A stretch of DNA of 64,000 nucleotides from Nemertoderma westbladi (Eukaryota > Animalia > Xenacoelomorpha): the NCBI GenBank assembly GCA_032718475.1, contig JAUCBJ010008864.1, positions 108,114-172,113 of the forward strand, in the 5' to 3' direction. Within the stretch, counting starts at the first letter, position 1, and each line of letters opens with the position of its first letter. Positions 11,633 to 23,799 of the stretch are shown here, one piece after another. The translations under genes and the position numbers were made by a program. The notes beneath the pieces are model-generated. The model was not told the DNA's origin, ran no database searches, and worked only from the letters and a program-made list of their open reading frames with translations.

Positions 11633-14460
11633 AGGGAGACCATCGTTGCTCATCAAACCAGCACGCGTTTATCAAGTGTTGCTGCTTTAATGCCAGGTCA
11701 CTGAAAAACAAATTGTCGGACTTGGATGAGTTTCTATCCACTACCCTGTATGATGTGATCGCGATAACGGAAACCTGGGCCAATGATTCTATTTCTGACG
11801 CGATGTTGTCTGGCAGCAAACGTTTCCGGGTCTTCCGGCATGACAGACACGACCGGGTGGGGGGTGGAGTGGCCCTCCTTGTGCGGAACTCGATAAAGTG
11901 CATACCTGTAGCACTTCCTCGTCAAACTACGGACATAGAAGCTGTAGCCATTGACCTCATTGACGGCTCTTCACGATTAATATGCGCTTACCGTCCGCCA
12001 CCTGTTCCCAGCGTTCCTGACACTACTACCGGACTTTGTGAAGCTCTCAACATCCTGTGCGACACCAACAAACCGTGTGTGATCACTGGCGACTTTAATC
12101 TGCCGCTGTTCGATTGGACTGATGTTTCCCACCCGGACAACGATATCTATAACAACTTTTTTAGTTTCGTTTTGGAATCAGGCCTCTCGCAGGTCCAGTA
12201 CGAGCCTACCAGAGGTGACAACGTTCTAGACCTTATTTTTACCACGGATGACCATTTTGTCTCGAGCGTTTCGACGGCTGCTCCATTCTCTACGAGCGAA
12301 CACGCCACTGTGTCCTTCGATATAATTGGTTCACCTCAGTGTGACAGCTCGGACACCTCTGCGCCACGTGGTTTTTACGATTTCGCAAATGGTGACTACA
12401 CAGGTTTTAAGTCATTTATGAGGTCAATTAAATGGGAAGAAGAAGAGTTTGCTTCATGTAGAACAGTGGACGATTTCTTCCTAGCATTTAGCAAGGTTAT
12501 GAAAAGTGGTATAAATACTTATATTCCTTACAAGGAATTTTGTAACGATAGCAACCAAAAGAAGTACCCTCATTACGTCAAGATTTTACAGAAAGCAAAG
12601 AAACGCTTGTGGCGCAGGCGTCACTCGGAAGGCGGTATGGCTGCGTATAAATGTGTCGCAGCGCAAGCTTCCCGCGCCGCTCACCGTGCTGACTGCGAGC
12701 GGGAAATCCGGATTCTCAGTTCTGGAAACACAAATGCGATCTTTCGGTACCTGAAGAAAAATAACTCCAACAGATCGGACATTGGCCCCCTGAAATACAA
12801 AGGTGAAACAGTAATTGATGACGAAACTAAGGCTACCATTTTTTCCTCTGTCTTTTCAGAAAATTTTACCCCTGACAATAATGTGCCTTTAAATTTTAAC
12901 CGCAAAGTACCCTATAATGTTAATTTATCTTCTGTTGATTTTAATCCTGTAAATGTTTTAACTTTTTTACATAAACTAGCTCCGAAACACAGTTCCACCC
13001 CGGACGGGTTCCCGGCTATTCTATTTTCTAAACTAGCTTGTACCATAGCAGCGCCCTTATCAGTTATTTTCCGTGTCTCTTTTGAATCGCACGCCCTTCC
13101 ATCTGTTTGGCTCACTGCCTACATTATACCTGTATTTAAAAAGGGCGATTCATCAGACCCTTATAATTACAGACCTATCTCCCTCACGTGCATAACCTGT
13201 AAGATAATGGAAATGATAATTAAAGATGCTTTGATAAATTACCTGTTAACAAACAAATTAATTACCCGGGCACAACACGGTTTTTTAAAGAGAAAAAGTA
13301 CATGTACACAATTATTAGATTGTCTTTCCGATTGGTGCAAACTTATAGATAAGCGTAAAAATGTTGATGTAATATATGTAGATTTCTCTAATGCGTTCGA
13401 TTCTGTCGTACATAGTAAACTTCTGTGTAAATTATCGGGGTATGGTGTTTGTGGGAGTCTATTAGATTGGTTTAAAGCATTTTTATCCAACAGATCTCAC
13501 CAAGTTTTGGTGGGCAATATGTTTTCACAGGTTTGTGCAGTTATCTCTGGTACGCCGCAAGGCAGTGTTATCGGACCTTTACTTTTTATGTTATTTATCA
13601 ACGACTTACCTGACCTTCTTTTACCAGTTAGTGCCAAGTTATATGCTGATGATGTGAAAATATATTCCTCCTCTGATCAGCGAAATTATATTGTCACTGC
13701 TCTTCGGCAACTGGAGACTTGGGCGTCCGAATGCCAGCTAAACTTAGCTGCTCATAAATGTTTTGCGGTTTATATTGGTGCGACTAATCCTAAGCATATA
13801 TATTTTTTAAACAGTGCTGTGCTTAAATCTGAATCCTCCTGTAAAGATCTTGGCCTTTTAATTGCCCCTGATCTCAAGTTTAATATTTACTGCAAGGCTC
13901 AGGTTGCGAAAGCCTTTAGAGTAATTAACATGCTTTTTAGAAACATTGTCTCCACAAACAAGTCGGCTTTACTAACAGCATATAAATCTATGGTGCGTCC
14001 TCTACTTGAATATTGTACCCCTGTGTGGTCTCCGTTTACAAAGAGATTTATAAACCTCGTGGAACGTGTACAACGGTACTTCTGTAGGCGACTCTTTCTT
14101 AGGTGCAATCTGTCCCCCGCTACTTATATTGATCGCTTACATTTTTTGAATTTGCAGCCGCTAGAGGTACGTAGACATGTTTTCGATTTAAAGATGGTCT
14201 ACCGTATAAAACACGGACTGGTAGATCTTGAGAGCGCCCAGTACTTTTCTGAGCCGCCTCGTTCAGGTCTGAGAGGCCACAACCAAAAGCTTTTTGTACC
14301 TCGCTGTCGGCTGCAGATATACAAACATTATTTTTCAAATCGTGTTGTGCCGCTCTGGAACTCCTTGCCGTCTGAAACTGTTGGTGCAAAATCAATTTCA
14401 ATATTTTCTCATTTGCTACTTGATTTCGATTTTATGCCTTTCTGTAACTTTGATATCTGA
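11614..14460 (+). CDS. CR1 ORF2p: apurinic-like endonuclease plus reverse transcriptase (no in-frame ATG before the APE motifs)
   Basis: Frame open from 11614 (after TGA 11611-11613): FNARSLKNK, ITETW, GGGVALLV, YRPP, TGDFN, LDL; NYRPISLT, QHGF, YVDFSNAFD, GTPQGSVIGP, YADD, RPLLEY, VVPLWNSLP. Confidence 0.93.
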   Translation, partial: SAGKPVKGDHRCSSNQHAFIKCCCFNARSLKNKLSDLDEFLSTTLYDVIAITETWANDSISDAMLSGSKRFRVFRHDRHDRVGGGVALLVRNSIKCIPVALPRQTTDIEAVAIDLIDGSSRLICAYRPPPVPSVPDTTTGLCEALNILCDTNKPCVITGDFNLPLFDWTDVSHPDNDIYNNFFSFVLESGLSQVQYEPTRGDNVLDLIFTTDDHFVSSVSTAAPFSTSEHATVSFDIIGSPQCDSSDTSAPRGFYDFANGDYTGFKSFMRSIKWEEEEFASCRTVDDFFLAFSKVMKSGINTYIPYKEFCNDSNQKKYPHYVKILQKAKKRLWRRRHSEGGMAAYKCVAAQASRAAHRADCEREIRILSSGNTNAIFRYLKKNNSNRSDIGPLKYKGETVIDDETKATIFSSVFSENFTPDNNVPLNFNRKVPYNVNLSSVDFNPVNVLTFLHKLAPKHSSTPDGFPAILFSKLACTIAAPLSVIFRVSFESHALPSVWLTAYIIPVFKKGDSSDPYNYRPISLTCITCKIMEMIIKDALINYLLTNKLITRAQHGFLKRKSTCTQLLDCLSDWCKLIDKRKNVDVIYVDFSNAFDSVVHSKLLCKLSGYGVCGSLLDWFKAFLSNRSHQVLVGNMFSQVCAVISGTPQGSVIGPLLFMLFINDLPDLLLPVSAKLYADDVKIYSSSDQRNYIVTALRQLETWASECQLNLAAHKCFAVYIGATNPKHIYFLNSAVLKSESSCKDLGLLIAPDLKFNIYCKAQVAKAFRVINMLFRNIVSTNKSALLTAYKSMVRPLLEYCTPVWSPFTKRFINLVERVQRYFCRRLFLRCNLSPATYIDRLHFLNLQPLEVRRHVFDLKMVYRIKHGLVDLESAQYFSEPPRSGLRGHNQKLFVPRCRLQIYKHYFSNRVVPLWNSLPSETVGAKSISIFSHLLLDFDFMPFCNFDI
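11620..11626 (+). promoter_or_regulatory. Candidate -1 ribosomal frameshift heptamer G_GGA_AAC
   Basis: In ORF1 frame CAG GGA AAC CAG TAA; X_XXY_YYZ pattern correctly phased; ORF2 is in the -1 frame. Confidence 0.6.
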
Positions 14461-15139
14461 TATTATTACTTTATCTGATATAATTTAATTATGGATCATA
14501 TCATCCATGGTCCAAATTTTAGTTTTACTTATACCCAATTTCTTACCGTCCGTGAGTGTAGCTGAAATGATTTTATTTCTGAAAATTTTTATAAATCCGT
14601 TTTTCTTCAAAATTGTTATTGCTGTTTTTACATGTGTTTTCATTGTATCGTCCGAAATTCTACATCCTACTGTATGTATACTCATAAATCTACTGTATGT
14701 ATAGTGAACTTTAAACCTACACTGTAAGTGCCTGGTGCCTAGTGGTGGTCTCCCTCTAACGTGTTTTATTTGTTTGTATAAATTGTTGTATTTTTTACCA
14801 TTAAAGAGCGCTAATAATAATCGTGGTTAAAATATGGACACTATAGTATAATCTATTGTAGATTGAGAAATCGATGCAGGGGCGCCGGAAGCAAATTTGT
14901 GCGACTGGGGCAGTCTGGGGACTAAAAATCGATGGATATACAAAGACTATTATTATATACGTTAATCACTAATTATATTCAGTATAGAGCAGTTATTAAT
15001 TAATCTTGGTGTGCTTTAGTCATAAAATTTTAATTGTCCATTATTTTGTTGAGTGTAATCATGATAGAATAAAATTGTTGTAGGTAATAATTATAAATTG
15101 TTACGTTATGAAAAAAAAAAGTAATGTGTAGTTAGTCCC

Positions 15140-15320
15140 ACCAGACAAGCACAAAAACGATAGTTGCATTACTACGAATGATTTATAACGAATTGTATGT
15201 AATCAGCCCTACCTTGAAAACTAGTATATCTTCAGAATAAGGCCTACCATACCAAAGTCAAAATTTAACAGTTTTTAATTTTTTTGTAATGATTTTTTGT
15301 GTAACTTTTACTTTTCGTTC
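15140..15320. repeat. Dispersed repeat fragment, second copy at about 36780-36952
   Basis: Shared GACAAGCAC..AAAAC.ATAGTTGC.TTACTACGAATGATTT...GGCCTACCATACCAAAGTCAAAATTTAACAG. Confidence 0.8.
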
Positions 15321-15619
15321 TGGGGCACCATAATGGCACCCAAAATTGAGTTTACATTACCAGAAATATTTGTTTACTAGTTTCTAGTTTACTAGTTGGA
15401 TACTACAGTAATTTCATCAGGATCAGCTACCTCGAAAACCCGTATACCTTCAGAATTATCAAACCAAACACAAAATTTTTTTTTGACATTTTTCTACTGA
15501 TACTTTTCGTCATGGGGGAACAAAATAGCACAAAAAATGATGGTTGCATTTTTTAAACAGGTTCTATCGCCAATTACGCAGTAAAATAGACGGGGCCAGA
15601 TAAATAAGTAGTAAATAAG

Positions 15620-16800
15620 CTACCCTGGGGCATTATTGCTGACCTATGCTGCATTTTACTTTTGGCAAAGGAATTGGATCACCATTATTGTGCTCCATGT
15701 ACCACTTCTTTGCTGTTTCAACAATGCTGCAGAACTTGGCATATTTATCGTCTGATCGCGCCTGCAGCCGATGCAAGACATGGTCAACTTCCTATATAGC
15801 TGTGATGGGATCCATAGCACTTCACGCTTTTATCTCACCCAGCCTCGTCCAAAGAATATGAACTGTTACTACAAGTGTGGGATTGATGATGGCATTGCAG
15901 ATTGCCAGATTCATGATGCTGAAGAAATAAGAGCTGCAGAAATCTAACACATTATTGCGACTCTCAATAAAACGTATAGACGTTTCTTGCTTTTCTTGCT
16001 GTTCTGGATTGTTTGAACCTTTTGCTCCTCAATATTTAATTCTGTCTCTTCAAACATTCTAGTCTTCCACACTGAATGAGAATTTAAATTTGACACACCT
16101 TGTATTGCAATGTGCACTGCCTTCACTTCATGGATGACCTTATTGCTGCTGATTCCAGGCTGTAGCAGTGCACAAACATATCATATGGTGCTTTCAGGTG
16201 AATGTGAGCTTGCATGTCGCTTTCATGGCTACTCATGAGAGAAACTCTATCGTAGCCTTGAGCAACAAAAAGCCTCTTATCCAGCTGCAGGTGTCCTGCT
16301 TCTAGTCATTGTAACCAAAATTATGTATGTATGTATTTATGTATGTATATTGGCATCAACAACAACAACAATATCTGCTGCATTTTGATCCTTCAAGTCT
16401 ATGAAGCTGACAAAACCTTATTGACTTCACAGTTTGAGTCGAGAGTCCTGACATTCGCTATTCAATTGATGATTTAGTTCAGGATGGTTGGTGACAAACA
16501 GGTAGCATTCTTCAGACAGTTGGACTTCAACTTTGTGAGTTTTTGAATCACATACACAACGCTTCTGCAGCAGACTATGCTGATTGCCCTGTGAATTCTA
16601 TTCTATTTCATTGGTTGTGATTGAAAGTCATCCGGGTTCTTCTCTATGAGCATGAAGGGCAATGATCAATGTGCCACAGAACTCGACCTTGTGAAGTACT
16701 GACCCAAACATGTACCTGTTGTTATCCAGTTTGACAGATGCAGAAATGTAGGATTGGTGGGAAACATCACCTCCTCCTTAAATCTTTCGCTGATGCATTA
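15620..16800 (-). pseudogene. Degenerate hAT-family (ZMYM/DUF4371-type) transposase
   Basis: Minus strand about 16270-16160 reads FVAQGYDRVSLMSSHESDMQAHIHLKAPYDMF/VHCYS, matching the QGYDGA.VMSG...GVQ....P.A..VHC.AH motif; many stops and frameshifts; limits approximate. Confidence 0.75.
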
Positions 16801-18454
16801 CTAGATCAAATACATAAACTGCATTGTGGTGGTAATCATGTCTAATACTATACAATACTGTAATAAATTAATACTTTTTATCTCCGTCACTAACTAATCT
16901 TCAACACTATCACTGCTGCTCTGCACTCTGCAGTTTGAGAGTCTCGAATAGTCCTAGACCTGAATACAGTTTACTGCTAAACACTAACACCAACTACTAT
17001 ACTGTTAAACAATGTCTGTCTGTCAGAATGTATGGGAAGGTCTACCCTAGGCCTTACTAGTGTACATAGTACTACATAGAGTAATCAGCCCGAACATGGT
17101 ACTTGTTGGCAGCTATATTCCCCAAAGAGACTCCCCGTACTACACACTACACAGGAATTGTGATGTACATTAGTTTTGATTATATTATTACAGTTGTATA
17201 ATTATGTAGGCCTACTTACATATGTTGCATATTTAACAGTTTTGCCGTGCATATAAATTGCTCATTATATTTTATCTTGTCTTCGCTCCAACCTGGACAT
17301 CATTGTAAGGACAATTCCTATGTAGACAATTACCACGTTTTAACAGCAATTCCATACCGGACAATAGATTCAATGTGAATTAACCAACTGTGGTGAATAA
17401 TTCATTTGGTTTTTCGATGAAAAACACTCAAAGGAATATAATTAGCTGCAGCAAACATCCCCAATTATATGTTACATTTGAGCTGATTTCTTTTAATATT
17501 TAATTGACTGAAGCTATATTGTCAGAACGTACCAGTAACCTTGATTGGTAATGATTAATCTTATTTTTGTGCCATTATTAACATACATTATGCGCAATGA
17601 TGATATGCGCAATTGTATTAATGCAAGGCCTTATTTTTTTAAATTTGAAAACTATCTAATTAACAACAAACTTCTCGTGTTGCGACTCATATTATGCATA
17701 AATATAAAAAATCTGTTTTTTTTTGTTTCAATATGATAGGTAATTAAAATGTACGACCTTAAATAAGAAATCAAAACATATTTGTGGCGTTTTGTTTATT
17801 AACACTTTTTTTTATATATAAATACATCGACTGGCCTAAATACAGATTTTAATTTAGAATAAATTCACCATTGACTTTAGAAAATATTTAATTTTAAAGA
17901 GCTCGCTTTTCTTCTGGTTGCGAAGACTTTCCATTCAATAAATGTGGGTTGGTTAATTTTATTTGGTGTAGAAAATTTTATTAGTGGATGAGAAGATTGA
18001 TTGTGTAGCAGATACGAGGTGTAAAAGTTTGCTAGGCAGGGCAGAACCAGCGGTACACAGTTGAGACGACCATGCGGTATGCGAGTGGTGTCTGACCGGT
18101 AAATGATATTGATTGCCGTTGACTGTGGACGACCCAAAGCGAACACGTAGTTATGCGGTACAACGCGCAGTTTAAAGCAGCCTATTTAAATAATGATAAT
18201 AAAATGATTGTCTAGTCTGTTGAATTAACTGTAAAAGATAGACGACCAGTAACCGCAATGGTACTGTTGAGTGCGAATCCTTATTATTATTATTATTATC
18301 CTTACTGGCCGTTAGCAATTCTAATTAACAGGAACAGATAAAAGGAAGAGGTTCCAGTGGCTGTTTATTCTAACCAACTCAATAAATGATAGTCAATGGC
18401 ATAGATTACAGTTTCAATTATGTTGCAGTAACGAATGTTGGATGTGGTTGTTGG

Positions 18455-19855
18455 GGTAATGGTGAAAAATATCGAGTGTAAAAATATCAAGAGTAAAAAT
18501 ATCGAGAGAAAAGATATTGAGAGTAAAAATATCGAGAGTAAAAATATCGAGAGAAAAGATATTGAGAGTAAAAATATCGAGAGTAAAAATATCGAGAGAA
18601 AAGATATTGCGAGTAAAAATATCGAGAGTAAAAATATCGAGAGATAAGATATCGAGAGTAAAAATATCGAGAGTAAAAATAACGATTATTATTATAAAAA
18701 AATAGCAAAAACTATCTAGTATAATAAATTTGTTAAATGGGAACCCAAGATGTATTAATGCAATTTATTTGCACTTGCACTCTTGTACCTCATGCACTGC
18801 AATATTGTGCCATAATTCTAAATAAAATCCTCACAATATTTTTATTCACTATATTTTTACTCTCGATATTTTTACTCTCGATATTTTTACTCTCGATATT
18901 TTTACTCACAATATTTTTACTCTCGATATTTTTACTCTCCATATTTTTACTCTCCATATATTTACTCTCGATATTTTTACTCTCGATATTTTTATTCTCG
19001 ATATTTTTTAACACTCGATATTTTTACTCTTGATATTTTTCAACACTCGATATTTTTACTCTCCATATTTTTACTCTTGATATTTTTACTCGCAATATTT
19101 TTCAACACTCGATATTTTTACTCTCGACATTTTTACTCTCGATATTTTTACTCCCGATATTTTTACTCTCGATATTTTTACTCTCGACATTTTTACTCTC
19201 GATATTTTTACTCTCGATATTTTTACTCTCGATATTTTTACTCTCGACATTTTTACTCTCGATATTTTTACTCCCGATATTTTTACTCTCGATATTTTTA
19301 CTCTCGATATTTTTACTCCCGAAATTTTTACTCCCGATATTTTTACTCTCGATATTTTTACTCTCGATATTTTTACTCTCGATATTTTTACTCTCGATAT
19401 TTTTACTCTAGATATTTTTACTCTCGATATTTTTACTCTCGATATTTTTACTCTCATTATTTTTACTCTCGATATTTTTACTCTCGATATTTTTACTCGC
19501 AATATTTCTCAACACTCGATATATTTACTCTCTATATTTTAACTTTCTATATTTTTACTCTCGATATTTTTACTCTCGATATTTTTACTCTCGATATTTT
19601 TACTCTCAATATTTTTACTCTCGATGTTTTTACTCTCGATATTTTTACTCTCGATATTTTTACTCTCGAAATTTTTCAACTCTCGAAATTTTTCAACTCT
19701 CGACATTTTACTTTCGACATTTTTACTCTCAATATTTATATTCTCGATATTTTTTGAACTCGTGATATTATCGTTACTTTACAATACTCGATAGTTGTAC
19801 TCACGTTATTTTTACTCTCGATATTTTTCATGTATCGATATTTTTCAATATAACC
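18455..19855. mobile_element. Foldback (MULE-like) non-autonomous element made of inverted 15-bp minisatellite arrays
   Basis: (AAAAATATCGAGAGT)n at about 18463-18680 and the inverse array at about 18830-19850; termini GGTAATGGTGAAAAATATCGA / revcomp GGTTATATTGAAAAATATCGA; flanks GGTTGTTGG (18446-18454) and GGTTGTATG (19856-19864) form an imperfect 9-bp TSD. Confidence 0.8.
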
Positions 19856-20220
19856 GGTTGTATGCATAAAGTTTATAGGAAGGCATTCCAACGCTTCATT
19901 CCTAAAGCAATAATGACTTAGAATGACATATTTGATTTATTATAATATTTGTTGTAAAATTATTATAAATTAAAAACAATTTAACAATGTATAAAATGGT
20001 ACATTTTTATATACCAGCTTATCTACCTGAGCCTGATGTGAGAGAGAGATGTATTCAATGTTATAGATACTGACGCATTTATCAATAAATAGTTTAAATA
20101 ATCAATGAATACCAAAATGCTTTCTGAATCTGAATTCTCCATCCATTATATAAATTACTTGTTGCGGTTATTATCTTTATATAACTATTAAATTAATTTC
20201 CATTTTTTTCAGAATTAATC

Positions 20221-23216
20221 ATGGGTTTACTTCCCCCATACTGGTACTGGATACGAGCTGGAGCTGCTTGGCTTTTATACCCTTTCTACGTAATGGTTAT
20301 ACTGGTAATTATAAAAAGAAAATCATTGTTTAACTCTCCATACTACACATATATCAAGTCGATGTTTGTTTCAGATACTATCAATGTCATATATTTAATT
20401 CTACGAGCAGCAGTGACACAGGTATGTCTTGTCATTTCAAATTTTATATTGATCTTCCTCAACCTCACACTCAATCCAAAACATTAATAAATCGATAATC
20501 TAGATATTTACAGTAAAATATATTACTATAAATGTTTTATTTAAATAAAAATAAATAAATATAATAATATTTAATGTTTGGTTATATCCAATAATGTAAG
20601 GAGGCATATTACGTAAACTATAAGAGTACAGATAAATATAAAGCACAGGTCTATATAGGTCTAGTGTCAATTTCTGTGTCGGGCCGCTTGTGGCCATTCA
20701 CACGATATTTGTTAAGAACTTCAGCCATTCATTATATATGCATTTGCTGGCTGCTATCACAGCCAGTAGTGACTACTTTACTTCCATATAGTTAACTACG
20801 AACTACTTATAGAACATACATCATAATTCTCTAATAAATTCTGTCTTATATCGCCCATATGTTGAAAAACTAATATTGAGAAGGTAGTACCACGCCCGGC
20901 GCCCGCCCAGGTCACTGGGCAATCGCAAGAGGGTGGCACCATGGAGAAAGTTATCTTTTCTCGGTGACACAATATTAAGGTTATTACCAAATATCTCGGC
21001 CTAATGCAAATAAACAGTAGACAAAATTTTTAATACCATCTTTTGATATTTGGAATTGCTATTTTTGGCCTTACTTTGGCACTCTGCAAGTAATAGAATC
21101 TCATTATATAATTAGTTTATTTGCATGCTAAAGAATCTTGCTGGTTTCAATAACTAAATAAGGATAGGCAACAGGCAATCTTCAATTTGCGTGAAGCAGC
21201 CTATAACAAAGGGTTGTGTTTTCATAAAATTACAATGTGTGGGGGGGGGGGGGCAGATTATCGCTACAGCAACGGCAGGGTATTATTAGTGTTTATACTA
21301 TAATTTATATAATATACTTATTTACTATTACTACTACTAGAGGTCGAGCGTGCTCGGACGGTGGAAATGAGATCCTTCCAGGCTTCCCGATTCTCCATAG
21401 TTGTCGCAATTTCGTTTCTCTCATGTCCAGTATCCTTTTCAAGTTGGTCTATATACAATATACATACAGTATGTCATAGCCAGTCGTCCGCGACTACGCA
21501 TTCTTTGTGTTGTGTTGATTGCCAGAAAAGTAGATCTGTTACGACCTCATGTTTACTTCTCCAGCAGAATCTTAATCTGCGTTCACTGAAGGTGGTTGAT
21601 GCAAGTGGTATTGTGCCATAAAGCTATTTGTTGTCTCCAGCTGATGTTTAGGGCTGCTCTTTGTCTTGTGTAATAAACATCATCAATTCGTTGTTCAAGT
21701 GATTTCATCAGTGTCCAGGTCTCACCCTTGTAAAAGTACACTTTCCATTGTGGCTTGAAAGAACTTAGTTTTCAGGTGCCCGCAGAGGTCTGATTTCCAG
21801 ATGGTATCCATTTTTGATAGAGCTACCCAAGCCTTTGCTTTCCTAACTTCTATGTCCTTTTTGCTACTCTCTATCCATGACCCAAGGTACTGGAAGTCGT
21901 CAACCTTCCTTAAATTGATTATTATCGATTATTGTGAAGTTTGCATCAACATTAAAAGTCATAAATTCGGTCTTGGTAGCATTTATATGCAATCCAACCT
22001 CCTTCCTTAGCAGCCCTCTCTACTTTATTCAGTAGAAGCTGTGCATGTGCATTTGCAGTATGCCAGCCAGGATTGAGAAGAACTCAGTCTCGCCATCTGG
22101 TGAGAGTGCTTGAGCTTCTGTGTCACAATATAGCAATCAAATGCCAGTGACAATTTAATCTGGTATTATATAAGCTCTTAGGATTTCCAGCATTTTACTT
22201 ATGAGGGTGGAATCGAATGCTTTCTTGAAGTCCACAAATGTCAGGACTGCGGGGAGATTCTTTGACTTAATTACCTCAATCAGTCTAAGTAGCGCAAGTA
22301 TCTGAGCTATTGTTGATCTATTTGGTAGAAATCTGTTTTGGCTCTTATGCAGCCGTTTCTCTATGTGAGGCCTAATTATTTTGTTCATTTCGAATGATTC
22401 GAATCATTTTGTTCTATATAGACACTTACTATTCTATATAATCACTTACTATATAACATGTATTGTATATACCATATAAAATTTATAAATAATGAATTTC
22501 TAGTTCAAACAGATCAAACGCATTCAAACTTACATAATTTTTCTAAAATGTGAGTTTAACAATGTTCTTTTGTTTTTCAACAGATTGATCCGAAACTGAA
22601 GTACTATGTTTACATTGTCAACTACATTGCTGAGTTCGCTACTCTAGCTAATCTACTTTCTTTGGCTGTTAATAGGTTTCTTTCGGTTACCTATACAACT
22701 AAAGTTGGAAATTTTTATACAACAGGTCGAATTCGATTCAGTTTGTTTTGTATATGGATGATTGGTTTTGGATTAGGTGGAGTTATATACACATACTTCT
22801 ATATTGTGTATGCATATATTAATGATGTACCTGTTGCTTCAAACACCGAACCATTCGATTTGCTTCATTTATCCTCTTATGGATTTACAGTAATTGTATC
22901 TCTTATTATATACACAGCTGGGGCAATCAATTTGAGAAAAAGTTTGGCAAAGCTAAGTGTAAAACAGGATAAGTCAAAAAATATGAAACGAGAAATACGC
23001 ATATTTGTTCAATGTTTTCTAATCAATTTTATTTTACTGTTATATTCGGTATTTTTCTTTATTGAAATTAATACCAACATCGAAAATATGTATATTAAGT
23101 TGTTTATTGAGGTTGCAAGTGATGTTGGTCTGATAGCCATGATGGTTGGCAATCCATTTCTTTATTATTTGTTTGATAGCAATGTTAAAAAAGCAATGAG
23201 AGAAAGTTATTGCTAA
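20221..23216 (+). CDS. 7TM serpentine chemoreceptor-like GPCR (Srx-like), exons 20221-20421 and 22584-23216, 277 aa
   Basis: GT at 20422, CAG at 22581-22583, phase 0; FNSPYY, SMFVSD, LAVNRF, REIRIFVQ, NPFLYYLFDSNVK; alternating hydrophobic helices. Confidence 0.85.
21322..22410 (-). mobile_element. 5'-truncated, decayed RTE-clade LINE in the intron of GPCR gene 1
   Basis: QNRFLPNRSTIAQILAL.RLIE...FVDFKKAFDS; FQYLGSWI; (TAG)n-like tail at about 21322-21339. Confidence 0.85.
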
Positions 23217-23799
23217 TTTATTAGGCCTACATTTTTTATGGAATATATAATTATACCTTTCATTTATAAACAACATAGCAACAACATAACAAGAATGGAA
23301 AATAAATAAACAAAATACTGTGCTTTGTACAGGATAATGATTAATAAATTTTATCGTTATGAATAAAATAACTAATATTATGAACAATATTATTAATAAG
23401 AACATTTATAATATATAAATAATAAATACTATATGTATTATGCTATTATATATTAATCATCAATATTTTTGAAAATTAAATATGATCTAATAAATATATT
23501 ATATATATATATGATAAATTATAATGTTATTATTATATTAATTTTTTAACATCAATTTTAAAACTTTTTCCCACTTCCGTTTTAACCTAAATAGTTCATA
23601 TACAGACATGCTATAGGTTGTTGGTCAAACCCAACTTTTTTGTTGACTGTATAACATAGTATACAAAAAAGTAAAAAAAAAGCAAAAAATGTTTAGATAT
23701 GAAATCAATACAGCAACAATCATTATAGTATCCCACCCAAAAAAATCATTTGGTTATTAGTATTAGTAAATTTGATTATAATATTGTGCTTGTGGACTG

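Larger units (their letters stand above)
10345..14821 (+). mobile_element. Full-length, apparently intact CR1-clade non-LTR retrotransposon
   Basis: Two uninterrupted ORFs (PHD-type ORF1, APE-RT ORF2), putative 5' UTR, AT-rich 3' UTR ending in a short (TAA)n tail near 14811-14821; outer limits approximate. Confidence 0.9.

Noticed and set aside
14878-14925. CAGGGGCGCCGGAAG as the TIR of the hAT relic at 15620-16800; similar lone TIR-like ends near 20895, 30620 and 36170
   Set aside because: No partner inverted copy or TSD located.
18435-19757. ORFs of SRYFY/KNIES/RVKIS repeats
   Set aside because: Artefacts of the stop-free 15-bp minisatellite; open in several frames on both strands.
18463-19850. 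CRISPR-like regular repeats
   Set aside because: No unique spacers, no cas genes, eukaryotic context.
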